DNA from: [Eubacterium] saphenum
Lineage (GTDB): Bacteria > Bacillota > Clostridia > Oscillospirales > Ruminococcaceae
Length of the DNA stretch: 64,000 bases
Direction: 5' to 3'
NCBI GenBank assembly: GCA_004555855.1
Contig: SFJQ01000001.1
Location: 32,974-96,973 of the forward strand
Shown here: in pieces, positions 42,191 to 51,632 of the stretch
Layout: each line of letters opens with the position of its first letter
Position numbering within the stretch: position 1 is the stretch's first letter
Translations under genes and position numbers: made by a program
Notes under the pieces: model-generated
Told to the model about the DNA's origin: nothing
Databases searched by the model: none
Seen by the model: only the letters and a program-made list of their open reading frames with translations

Positions 42191-42748
42191 CTAATGCTTT
42201 TCGTGCGTGCGTTCTTCGATTTTCGCCAAAAAATCTTCAAAATCCTCATAACCCTGAAAAGAATTTCCCGAACCTAAATCATCGCTCGGTGCCTCTACGG
42301 GCACGAGCGTGATTTTTCTTTCTTCTTTTATTTCTTTTTTCTTATAATAATAAGTAGGTTTGTTGAATTTCTCATCGGGGGCTTGTTGATTTTGAGAACA
42401 GGCGTTTGTTAATTGCACGTTATCGGGCTTGTTGACGCCCTGAAGCTCATCATAAAAATTCAGCGTTATAATCGTGAATTTCGGGGTTGACTCGGTTGTT
42501 ATGTCGCCTGTTGACTTGAGATGATCGAGCGCGGTACGCGTTTGTTGAGCTGTTAGCTGATTGTTTGCTGCAAGCTCAGCGACAGAAACGGCGACTTGCC
42601 CCCGAGAAATCCGCGTTCCGAGATAATCGCAGTCCCCCCAAGCCGCCCTCATCAGCAGGTCGAGAAAAACGAGCCGAACGTTGCGGTTGCTGTACCAGCG
42701 CCAGTCGAGGAGCTTTCGCGGGATTTTGATAAAGCCTTGATTTGTCAT
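42191..42748 (-). CDS. Phage replication-initiator-like winged-helix protein (orphan)
   Basis: GFIKIPRKLLDWRWY...RGQ...RTALDHLKSTGDI...KFTIIT pattern recalled from phage replication proteins; not database-checked. Confidence 0.6.
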   Translation of the reverse strand: MTNQGFIKIPRKLLDWRWYSNRNVRLVFLDLLMRAAWGDCDYLGTRISRGQVAVSVAELAANNQLTAQQTRTALDHLKSTGDITTESTPKFTIITLNFYDELQGVNKPDNVQLTNACSQNQQAPDEKFNKPTYYYKKKEIKEERKITLVPVEAPSDDLGSGNSFQGYEDFEDFLAKIEERTHEKH

Positions 42749-42872
42749 AAATGCACTTCCTTTCACACATTATTATAAGTGAACGAGAACTGCAATTTAC
42801 TGCAATTCTTCGGTGTATCGGCAAAATATTGCAGGGATTTTTTGTACATTTTGCACAAATTAGGAGAAGCCT

Positions 42873-43724
42873 ATGATAAACGAAAAAATCACGGTTATGG
42901 CGCGCGCAAAGCTGAATTTATACCTAGATATCGTGGGAACGCGAGCAGACGGATACCACATATTGGAAACCGTGCTGCAAAGCATAGATTTGTGCGATAT
43001 TGTCGAGGTGTCGGCGGCGCACGATGGGATAGCGGTGAGCTGCTCAAATCCGGAAATTCCGCAGGGAGATGGAAATATTTGCCACAAGGCAGCGAAGCGT
43101 TTTCTGGAGCGGGCTGGCGGTGATTTTGGCGTAAAAATCCACATCGAAAAACGCATTCCGGACGGCGCGGGACTTGGCGGCGGGAGCGCGGACGCAGCGG
43201 CGGTTTTGTTTGCGCTGAACGAGCTGAACGGGCTTCCGATGCGGTCTGACGAGCTTTTGAAGCTAGCCGCGGAAATCGGCGCAGACGTGCCGTTTTGCCT
43301 TACGGGCGGGCTTTCGGTTTGCCGAGGAATCGGCGAGGTGATAGAGCCGCTGAAGCCGCTTCCCGAGCTGTTTTACCTGATTGTGAAGCCGAATTTTCGC
43401 TGCCCGACGCAGAAAGCCTATCAGCTTTACGACAGCGCGCCCGTTCCCGCGAAAAACGCGCTTGAAGCCTTTTGTAATGCGGGTTCGCGGTTTCCCGAGA
43501 TGATGTATAACGTTTTTGAGGAAATTTACGGAAATCAGGAAATTTCTTCCATAAAATCAATACTTCTCGAAACGGGAGCGCTCGGCGCGCTGCTCACGGG
43601 AAGCGGCTCGGCGGTGTTCGGAGTGTACGAAACGGCTCAGCAAGCGGCTTCGGCGGCACACGCGTTCCCCGAGATGTTCACTGCCGTGGCTTCGCCGGTT
43701 AGCTCGGGAATTGCGATAATTTGA
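42873..43724 (+). CDS. ispE: CDP-ME kinase
   Basis: AKLNLYL, IPDGAGLGGGSAD, GADVPF, TGSGS. Confidence 0.95.
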   Translation: MINEKITVMARAKLNLYLDIVGTRADGYHILETVLQSIDLCDIVEVSAAHDGIAVSCSNPEIPQGDGNICHKAAKRFLERAGGDFGVKIHIEKRIPDGAGLGGGSADAAAVLFALNELNGLPMRSDELLKLAAEIGADVPFCLTGGLSVCRGIGEVIEPLKPLPELFYLIVKPNFRCPTQKAYQLYDSAPVPAKNALEAFCNAGSRFPEMMYNVFEEIYGNQEISSIKSILLETGALGALLTGSGSAVFGVYETAQQAASAAHAFPEMFTAVASPVSSGIAII

Positions 43725-43819
43725 CTTTTGTGCAAAATGACGAAAAGACAAAAAAGTGCTGTTTTTTCGTGCGAGATGTGGTATAATGAGATAAGGAATG
43801 TATTGAACGGAGGGAAATT

Positions 43820-44176
43820 ATGGTAACTTTGCAGAATCATGTCGGCAAAATTTCTTTTTCCGCGAATTTTTTCACCGAACTAATCGGGAACACGGTCACG
43901 AACTGCTTCGGCGTCATCGCAATGAACGTGCGCGGCTTTCGCGAAACGCTCTCAGCGGCGCTTCCCAAGCCGAATAAGCGGGATTTTGCGCGCGGCGTGA
44001 AGGTCGATTTCAAGGACGGCGCGCTGACGATTGACCTGCACATTTCGCTGATGTACGGCGTGAACATAAACGCGGTTTCAAAATCCATCATCAACAAAGT
44101 CGCATACACCGTGCGGCGCGCGACAGGTTTGAATGTCGAAAAAGTCAACGTTTTTGTGGACTCAATCAGGGTATAA
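43820..44176 (+). CDS. Asp23/Gls24-family protein (YloU-like)
   Basis: CFGVIAM, IDLHI..YGVNI, VNVFVD; upstream of the DAK2 gene. Confidence 0.88.
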   Translation: MVTLQNHVGKISFSANFFTELIGNTVTNCFGVIAMNVRGFRETLSAALPKPNKRDFARGVKVDFKDGALTIDLHISLMYGVNINAVSKSIINKVAYTVRRATGLNVEKVNVFVDSIRV

Positions 44177-44534
44177 ATTTCGAGCAAATTTCAGCGATTT
44201 TTTTAGGCGATTTTTCGGGTAATTTCCGGTGTGTTTTTCAGGGTGTTTTTTAGGGTATTTTTCAAGCATAATTTTTGGTACAAATTTCCTTGAAAAATCT
44301 CCATAAATTCGCGCTCAGAAAACGGCTATACAATCGCATTTATCGGTATTTTCAAATTCAAGAAAATGCCCTTAAAAAACGAGCAAATTTGCGTTCATTT
44401 TTGAGGCTTTTTTTGAGTGAAAAACCGAGGTAATTTTCTCGTTGATTTTGAGGTTGTTTTTCGCCTGATTATCAAGTAAAAATCCGCCCCTTTTTCGGGG
44501 TAAAAAATATAGTTTTTGGAAGGGAATTTTAGCG

Positions 44535-46154
44535 ATGTCTATAAACGGTCAGCTCCTGCGCGACGCGGTTATTTCGGGAGCTAATAATGTGCGTAACAAG
44601 CGCGTTGAGGTGGACGAGCTCAACGTGTTCCCCGTGCCGGACGGCGACACGGGAACGAATATGTCGATGACTATCGGCAACGCAATCGGTGAACTTTCCA
44701 ACATTCCGGACGGCGTGCCTGTCGGCGAAGTGGCTAAAAAAGCGGCTTCCGCAATGCTCCGAGGCGCTCGCGGAAACTCGGGCGTAATCCTCTCGCTGCT
44801 CTTCAGAGGGCTTTCCAAGGGGCTTGCGGGCAAGTCCGAGGCAACCGCTGGCGACCTTTCCGCAGCGCTTAAGCTCGGCGTTGACGCGGCGTACAAGTCG
44901 GTGATGAAGCCGACCGAGGGCACAATTTTGACGGTTGCGCGCGAGGCGTGGGAAAATACCGCTGAAGCAGCTTCTAAAGTCACTTCGGCTGACTTTTTCG
45001 CGCTGTTCATCGACGAGGCGAAAAAGTCGCTCGAGCGCACCCCCGAGCTGCTTCCCGTGCTGAAAAAAGCGGGCGTTGTGGACGCGGGCGGAATGGGCTT
45101 AATCGTGATTTTAGAGGGTATGTACAGCGTGATTTCGGGCGGAAAAATCGTCCCCGATGAGTCCGACAAAAAGCCCAACGCGGCGGCTGCCGAAGCGGCT
45201 CAGGCTGAGATGAAATTCGGCTACGGCGCGGAATTTGTGATTAAGAAGGGCGCCGGTTCGAAGGACCCGACCGCGCTCTCCGCGTACCTCGAAACCATCG
45301 GCGACAGCATCACAATCGCTGATGACGACGATTTTATTCACGTGAATGTTCACACAAATCACCCCGGAAAAGCGCTTGAAGAGGGATTAAAATTCGGCAG
45401 TTTAACCAAAGTTTCGATTGTGAATTTGTTGGAAAAGACAGAAAATCTGGTAAAAGCTTCCAAGCAAAACCGCAAATCTCCCGTTGAACCGGTGAACGAA
45501 ATCGGCTTTGTGGCGGTTGCCGCGGGAGCCGGTCTGCAGGCGCTGTTCAAGGACCTCGGCGCGGACAACGTGGTGAGCGGCGGACAGACGATGAACCCGT
45601 CCACCGAGGACATTCTCGAGGCAATCGGTCAGACGCCCGCGAAAAACGTGTTCGTGCTGCCGAATAACAAGAACATAATTATGGCGGCGGAGCAGGCGGC
45701 GCGGCTCGCTGACAGGAACGTCTGCGTGCTCCAGACGCGCAATATCCCGCAGGGCATCTCCGCGATGATGAATTTTGACCCGTCGGGCGATTTTTCGGGA
45801 AATCGTGCTGCAATGACCGAGGCGTTCGACCGCGTCGGCAGCGGGCAGATAACCTACGCCGTGCGCGACTCCGAGTACGATGGTCACAAAATCAAGCAGG
45901 GCGAAATTCTCGCGATGGACAACGGCAAAATCGTATTCACGGAAAAGAGCGTCGGGAAGGCGCTTGTGAAGCTCGCGAAACGGCTCTGCACCTCGTCTGC
46001 GAGCTATGTCACGGTGATTTACGGCGCGGACGTTTCCGATGACGACGCTGCTGAGGCGTATGAACAGCTGCAGGCGAAGCTCGGTTCGGACGTGGAAATC
46101 GCGCTCGTGAACGGCGGTCAGCCCGTGTACTATTACATAATTTCAGTCGAATGA
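44535..46154 (+). CDS. fakA: DAK2-domain fatty acid kinase subunit A (YloV-like)
   Basis: LNVFPVPDGDTGTNM, GARGNSG, GGQTMNPS, GGQPVY. Confidence 0.93.
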   Translation: MSINGQLLRDAVISGANNVRNKRVEVDELNVFPVPDGDTGTNMSMTIGNAIGELSNIPDGVPVGEVAKKAASAMLRGARGNSGVILSLLFRGLSKGLAGKSEATAGDLSAALKLGVDAAYKSVMKPTEGTILTVAREAWENTAEAASKVTSADFFALFIDEAKKSLERTPELLPVLKKAGVVDAGGMGLIVILEGMYSVISGGKIVPDESDKKPNAAAAEAAQAEMKFGYGAEFVIKKGAGSKDPTALSAYLETIGDSITIADDDDFIHVNVHTNHPGKALEEGLKFGSLTKVSIVNLLEKTENLVKASKQNRKSPVEPVNEIGFVAVAAGAGLQALFKDLGADNVVSGGQTMNPSTEDILEAIGQTPAKNVFVLPNNKNIIMAAEQAARLADRNVCVLQTRNIPQGISAMMNFDPSGDFSGNRAAMTEAFDRVGSGQITYAVRDSEYDGHKIKQGEILAMDNGKIVFTEKSVGKALVKLAKRLCTSSASYVTVIYGADVSDDDAAEAYEQLQAKLGSDVEIALVNGGQPVYYYIISVE

Positions 46155-46296
46155 AATTATGTTGTTCATATTTTTGTGCAACTCGCATAAGTGCAATTTG
46201 TACAATTTTTTTGTGCAAATTGACGTGAACTTACTATGTTAATAGCCAACTCCCCGCGTTTTTGCGGGGAAATTTGTATGGAAACTGCTTACTTTT

Positions 46297-48306
46297 ATGG
46301 AAATAACTTACTTAAAAGGCGTTGGTCCAAAGCGCGCGGAACTTTACAAAAAGCTCGGAATTACAACCGCAGAGCAGCTCGTTCGGCTCTATCCGCGGGA
46401 TTACATTGACTTCACAAACCCCTTGAAAATACGGGATTTGCCGCTCGGGGAGAGCTGCGCGTTTCGGGCGAGTGTTGTCCAAAAGCACGCGCCGTTCTCG
46501 CAGTACGCGAAAAAGGCGATTTACAAGGCGCTCCTCACGGACGGAGAGGGCGAAATCACCGCCGTTTTTTTCAACACGAAGTTTGCGTTTGAGAGGCTCG
46601 AATTATACAAAGAGTATATTTTTTACGGGAAAATCACGGGAGATTTGGTGCATCTTCAAGTTGGCACTCCCGCTTATCTTCCCGTTGACCAAACCGGTCT
46701 GCTGCCGAAATATCCCTTAACAGCGAGACTTTCTCGGGATACCGTGAGCAAAAATATCGCCTCGGCACTGGAAATTGTGCAAATTGACGAACGGCTTCCG
46801 GAGAGCGTTGTAAAAAAATACTCTCTGTTAAGTGCAGCCGAAGCTGTCCGAAAAATCCACTTCCCGAAATCGCGCGATGAGTACAAATCGGCGCGAAAAC
46901 GGCTGGTTTTTGAGGAGCTGCTCTCGCTGAAGCTCGGGCTGGCGCGGCTGAAAACGCGCGGAAAATCGCTCTCGGGCGCGGTTATGACCGAGGTTTCTCT
47001 GGAAGAATTTTACAAATCGCTGCCCTTTACCCCGACAAACGCGCAGCTTCGCGCAATCTCGGACTGCGTTTCCGATATGAAAAAACTGTTCCCGATGAAC
47101 CGACTTGTTCAGGGCGATGTGGGCTCAGGAAAGACTTTGGTTGCCGCAGCAGCCGCGTTTTTTGCACAGCGAAACGGCTTTCAGACGACCGTGATGGCGC
47201 CGACTGAAGTCCTCGCCGCGCAGCACTACAAAACGTTTCGCGGGTTTTTGGAGCCGCTTGGGGTTAGAGTCGGGCTGCTGTCGGGGGCGCTTTCGGCTGC
47301 CGAGAAAAAACGTGTTCGCGAGCAAGCCGCCGCCGGTGAAATCGATGTGCTTATCGGCACGCAGGCATTAATTCAGCGCAGCAGCGCTATGAAGCGGCTC
47401 GGGCTGGCGATTGTTGACGAGCAGCACCGTTTTGGCGTGTATCAGCGCTCGGAACTCGCTGAAAAGGGCGCAAATCCGCACATTCTCGCGATGTCCGCGA
47501 CGCCCATTCCGCGTACGCTCGCGCTCATAATGTACGGCGACCTCGACGTTTCCGTCATCGGTGAAATGCCGCTCGGACGGCTTCCCGTCAAGACTTACGC
47601 GGTTGACAGCTCGTTTCGCAAGCGCGTCTACGCGTTCATCAAAAAGCACATCGCCGCGGGGCTGCAGGCGTTTATCGTCTGCCCGCTGGTTGAGGAGAAC
47701 GAGGCGATGTCCGAGAAGCAGAGCGCCATCAAGTACTACGAGCAGCTCACGCGCGGGGAGTTTGCGGGAGTGCCGACGGGGCTGCTGTACGGGCGAATGA
47801 AGCAGGCCGAGAAGGACGCGGTTATGCGGGATTTTCGCGAAAATCGGCTGAAGCTGCTGGTGTCAACAACGGTCATCGAGGTCGGGATTGACGTGCCGAA
47901 TGCGGCGGTTATGCTTATTGAGAATGCCGAGCAATTCGGGCTGTCGCAGCTCCATCAGCTGCGCGGGCGGGTTGGCAGAGGCAGTGTGCAGAGCTACTGC
48001 GTGCTGATGAGCGACAGCAAGACGGATTACGCGCGCGCCAGATTCAAGGCGATGTGCAGCACTAATAACGGATATGAAATTGCTGATGTGGATTTGAAGC
48101 TGCGAGGACCGGGAAACTTTTTCGGGAAGGAGCAGCACGGGCTGCCGCCGATGAAGGTTGCGGATTTAGCGGACGACGCGGAAGTTTTGGAGGAAGTTGA
48201 GGCGCTTGCGGGGGAGATTTTGGGTGAAGACCCGTTGCTGGCGCGACCCGAGAACAAGGGTTTGCGTGAAGCCGTGGACGAGCTTTTTGCAGCGGGAACG
48301 CTTTAA
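46297..48306 (+). CDS. recG: ATP-dependent DNA helicase RecG
   Basis: QGDVGSGKT, DEQHRFG, SATPIPR, QLRGRVGRG. Confidence 0.97.
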   Translation: MEITYLKGVGPKRAELYKKLGITTAEQLVRLYPRDYIDFTNPLKIRDLPLGESCAFRASVVQKHAPFSQYAKKAIYKALLTDGEGEITAVFFNTKFAFERLELYKEYIFYGKITGDLVHLQVGTPAYLPVDQTGLLPKYPLTARLSRDTVSKNIASALEIVQIDERLPESVVKKYSLLSAAEAVRKIHFPKSRDEYKSARKRLVFEELLSLKLGLARLKTRGKSLSGAVMTEVSLEEFYKSLPFTPTNAQLRAISDCVSDMKKLFPMNRLVQGDVGSGKTLVAAAAAFFAQRNGFQTTVMAPTEVLAAQHYKTFRGFLEPLGVRVGLLSGALSAAEKKRVREQAAAGEIDVLIGTQALIQRSSAMKRLGLAIVDEQHRFGVYQRSELAEKGANPHILAMSATPIPRTLALIMYGDLDVSVIGEMPLGRLPVKTYAVDSSFRKRVYAFIKKHIAAGLQAFIVCPLVEENEAMSEKQSAIKYYEQLTRGEFAGVPTGLLYGRMKQAEKDAVMRDFRENRLKLLVSTTVIEVGIDVPNAAVMLIENAEQFGLSQLHQLRGRVGRGSVQSYCVLMSDSKTDYARARFKAMCSTNNGYEIADVDLKLRGPGNFFGKEQHGLPPMKVADLADDAEVLEEVEALAGEILGEDPLLARPENKGLREAVDELFAAGTL

Positions 48307-48324
48307 CAGAGCGCGTAACCGTGC

Positions 48325-48960
48325 TCCGCGCAGCGAAAAAAGTCTTTTTGGAGTTCTAGTGAAACCTTCGGTTTCCTTAACCTTTTTCTTCAGAAAAAGG
48401 TTCTTTGCCGCCGGAGGCACTTGCGGCGAAGCCGCGCTACTGAAGGCGAAGCCGTCAAATCAAAAAACGGATTATCTCAAATCATAAGATTACAAACCGA
48501 CTTGAAATACCGTTTGCAACCATTGCCAAATTTTTTCGCGAACGCGAAAAAATTCGCAAACCCTTTTTCAGCAACCTAACCTTAGCAGAGCGGGTGCAGC
48601 CACGCACGTCCCGTTTCAACGGGCGTGGCTGCACCCGCGCGATTTTTCGGGTTCGATGCCCGAAAAATCGCCCGAGAGCAAGCAGAAAACTTTATTTCCC
48701 CCGCCAATCAAGCTCACAGCTCCACTCCGTAATCGTTCAAGTGAAAAGCTGACTGCGTTTTTGGGAAACAAAGTTTCACAAAAACGCATCGATTTCGGCG
48801 GCTCGACGCCGGCGAAATCGACAAGAGCGCGCTTAAATTATAGTATGTTCTGAGCCGCAGTTTCAGCATAAATGCGGGTGCAGCCACGCCCGTCCCGTTT
48901 CAACGGGCGTGGCTGCACCCGCGCATTTTCGGCGGTTCGACGCCGCCGAAAATGCCAAGG
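48325..48960. repeat. Composite element E8: left arm (A-G-E), B, C, B variant
   Basis: Modules shared with E3, E4, E7 and E9. Confidence 0.92.
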
Positions 48961-49027
48961 CTTCGCAGAAGCCCCAAATCTGTTCGCAAAGCCTGCCAAA
49001 AGTCCCCCGAAAGCCCGTCCTATCCAC

Positions 49028-49069
49028 AAAAAAAGCGCGCCGGCTTTTTCACCAGCGCGCGTTTTTTTT
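49028..49069 (-). terminator. Terminator of the thioredoxin gene (possibly bidirectional)
   Basis: AAAAAAAGCGCGC...GCGCGCGTTTTTTTT. Confidence 0.65.
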
Positions 49070-49374
49070 CAAAGTTTCTTGATGTTCTCGGCAATGATGA
49101 GCTTGTGCGTGAACCCAACCAGCCGCTCCTTTATCTCCCCGCCCCTGATGAAAAGAAGCGTCGGGAGCGCGGTTACATCGTACTTTTCCGCGAGCGCAGG
49201 CTGCTCGGTGATGTCGCATTTCGCTATCAGCACGTCCTCGCTCTCGGCGATTTCCAGAAGCCCCGCCTCGGTTTTCTTGCAGTGAACGCAGGTCGGCGAG
49301 TAAAACTCCAGCACAAGCGCCTTCTCCGTTCCCAAAACCTCTCCCAGATTCCCCGCTGTAAGTTGCGTCAGCAT
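49069..49374 (-). CDS. Thioredoxin-family protein
   Basis: CVHC active site; RBS GGAGGT; minus-strand TTGACA-17-TATAAT at 49455-49427. Confidence 0.88.
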   Translation of the reverse strand: MLTQLTAGNLGEVLGTEKALVLEFYSPTCVHCKKTEAGLLEIAESEDVLIAKCDITEQPALAEKYDVTALPTLLFIRGGEIKERLVGFTHKLIIAENIKKL

Positions 49375-49577
49375 AGTTTTTACCTCCAAAGTCTGTTATT
49401 CCTATATACATAGTAGTTTTATAGACATTATATCCCATTTCAAGTCATTTGTCAAGTGTTTTCGGGAATTTTTTGCGATTTCAGCATATCCTACTTAATC
49501 GATATGGTAAATATGTACACAAGCGAGGGGCAATTCTTGATAAATGTGTAAAAACTTCCAAATTTCCTAAAATGCTA

Positions 49578-49629
49578 TTGACAATCGACAAGAAAAATTG
49601 TATAATCATAAACATACTAATCATATAGG
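49578..49629 (+). promoter_or_regulatory. Sigma-A promoter of the ABC/ASST operon with a downstream CATA-N9-TAGG site
   Basis: TTGACA (49578)-17-TATAAT (49601); palindromic motif at 49613-49629. Confidence 0.75.
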
Positions 49630-49756
49630 TTATATATGAGAATTCAACAAAGGAATCTACATTATGAAAAGCAAACGAATTTTCCGAATGCTCCGAATGT
49701 GTCCGAGCGGACGATGTTGAACAGTAAATTATTAATCAGGCAATGGAGTTATTAAT

Positions 49757-50824
49757 ATGTATATCGAATTAAAGAACATAAACAAGAACTTCGGCGATTT
49801 CAAAGCAAGCGACAACGTGAGCTTCGGTATCGAAAAAGGCAAGCTAATCGGTCTGCTTGGACCGAGCGGCAGCGGCAAAACCACAATTCTACGCATTCTC
49901 GCGGGGCTTGAGAAACAGGACAGCGGCGACATCTTCATCGATGGCAAAAACGTCAACGGCTTGCCCGTAAACGAGCGCGGCATCGGCTTCGTGTTCCAGA
50001 ACTACGCGCTGTTCCCGTTCAAGACCGTGTTCGACAACATCGCTTACGGACTGCGCGTCCAAAAGCGCGACAAAGCGTTCATCAAAAACCGCGTTGCCGA
50101 GTTGCTCGAACTTGTCGGCTTGCCCGGTCTTGAAAAACGTTATCCCGACCAACTCAGCGGCGGTCAGCGGCAAAGAATTGCCCTCGCAAGAGCCCTCGCG
50201 CCCGAGCCTGAGCTGCTCCTTCTCGACGAGCCGTTCGCGGCAATAGACGCAAAAGTCCGCAAGGAGCTTCGCGGTTGGCTTCGCGAAACCATCGACAAGG
50301 TTGGTATCACAAGCATTTTCGTAACCCACGACCAAGATGAAGCAGTCGAGGTTGCCGATGAAATCATCATCACCAACAACGGAAAAGTCGAGCAAGTCGG
50401 CAATCCCGTCGAAATCTACCTTAACCCGAAAACCCCGTTCGTGGCGCAGTTTATCGGGCAGTCCGCGGTAATCGGAAACTACGGCTCGCTCAAGGGCTTC
50501 ACGCAGTCCGAAAAATCAGACTCCGCCGTTATACGACCCGAGTTCATCGAAATCAACAAATTCGAGGACAACGGCTTTCACCAGTACGAAAGCTCGATGG
50601 AGGACGGCGTTGTCGAGGATATCCTGTTTCGCGGCAACGTTTTTGAGGTGCGCGTGAAGATTGCCGGACAGACGCTCACCGGCAGATACGACCTCAACGC
50701 TCCCCGTTTAAAACGCGGCGACAAGGTGAAGGTGCTGATAAAGAAGCTCTACACAATCAGCGGCAACGAAACCGCTATTCTTCTGAACAAAGGTCTTGAC
50801 GCAAGCGACGTCTACTACATCTGA
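49757..50824 (+). CDS. Sulfate/thiosulfate-type ABC ATPase (CysA-like, C-terminal TOBE)
   Basis: GPSGSGKT, VFQNYALF, LSGGQRQR, LLDEPFAAIDAKVRKELR. Confidence 0.85.
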   Translation: MYIELKNINKNFGDFKASDNVSFGIEKGKLIGLLGPSGSGKTTILRILAGLEKQDSGDIFIDGKNVNGLPVNERGIGFVFQNYALFPFKTVFDNIAYGLRVQKRDKAFIKNRVAELLELVGLPGLEKRYPDQLSGGQRQRIALARALAPEPELLLLDEPFAAIDAKVRKELRGWLRETIDKVGITSIFVTHDQDEAVEVADEIIITNNGKVEQVGNPVEIYLNPKTPFVAQFIGQSAVIGNYGSLKGFTQSEKSDSAVIRPEFIEINKFEDNGFHQYESSMEDGVVEDILFRGNVFEVRVKIAGQTLTGRYDLNAPRLKRGDKVKVLIKKLYTISGNETAILLNKGLDASDVYYI

Positions 50825-50834
50825 GGAGGAACTT

Positions 50835-51614
50835 ATGGACAACAAAAAAACAACTCCTCGCGGCGTTGCGCGGAGGATTTTGAAAAGCGGCGTTTTGTCG
50901 TGGATTATTATAATCGGTATCTGGTGGCTCGGCTCGCTCGCCTACGACGAGTACTTTCTCCCAAGCCCGCCCGAAACCGTTTCCAGTATGGGAACGCTTG
51001 TCGAAAACGGCGTTCTCTGGAAGGACATTCTCGCGAGCTTCGGCAGAATTTTCAAGGGCTGGCTGCTGGCAATCGCTGTCGGCGTGCCGCTCGGACTGCT
51101 TGTCGGTAACTTCAAGCCCGTGCGCTGGCTTGTCGAGCCTATCCTGAACTTTTTCCGCTTTGTACCCGCGGTTGCCCTCACCACGCTTTTTCTGATGTGG
51201 TTTGGCGTGGGCGACCAATCGAAGGTTGCGCTGATTTTTTACGCGGCGTTTTTCCCGATTTTCGTCAACACGATTGCGGGAGTAGCCTCGGTTGACCGTT
51301 CGCTCACGGAAGCGGCTTCCTGCATGGGCGCAAAGAAAATCCGCGTGTTCTTCACGGTTGTCGTGCCGTCCGCAGTCGCCAACATCTTCACGGGCGTGCG
51401 GCTGGGACTTGGCTCATCGATAACCTGCGTTGTGGCTGCGGAAATGCTTGTCGGCAGCGACGGCTTGGGCTATCTCATCAACAGCTCAAAGCTCTACTAC
51501 AAGACAAGCTGGGCGTTCGCGGGAATTGTCACTCTCGCGGTAATCGGCTTTGCGATGGACAGAATTTTGCTCATCATCGGCAAACACAAATTAAAGCACT
51601 TCGGTGTAAAGTAA
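50835..51614 (+). CDS. ABC permease (SsuC/TauC type)
   Basis: LPSP, EAA..MGA, VVAAEML motifs. Confidence 0.88.
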   Translation: MDNKKTTPRGVARRILKSGVLSWIIIIGIWWLGSLAYDEYFLPSPPETVSSMGTLVENGVLWKDILASFGRIFKGWLLAIAVGVPLGLLVGNFKPVRWLVEPILNFFRFVPAVALTTLFLMWFGVGDQSKVALIFYAAFFPIFVNTIAGVASVDRSLTEAASCMGAKKIRVFFTVVVPSAVANIFTGVRLGLGSSITCVVAAEMLVGSDGLGYLINSSKLYYKTSWAFAGIVTLAVIGFAMDRILLIIGKHKLKHFGVK

Positions 51615-51632
51615 TGAAATGAGGTAATTTTT

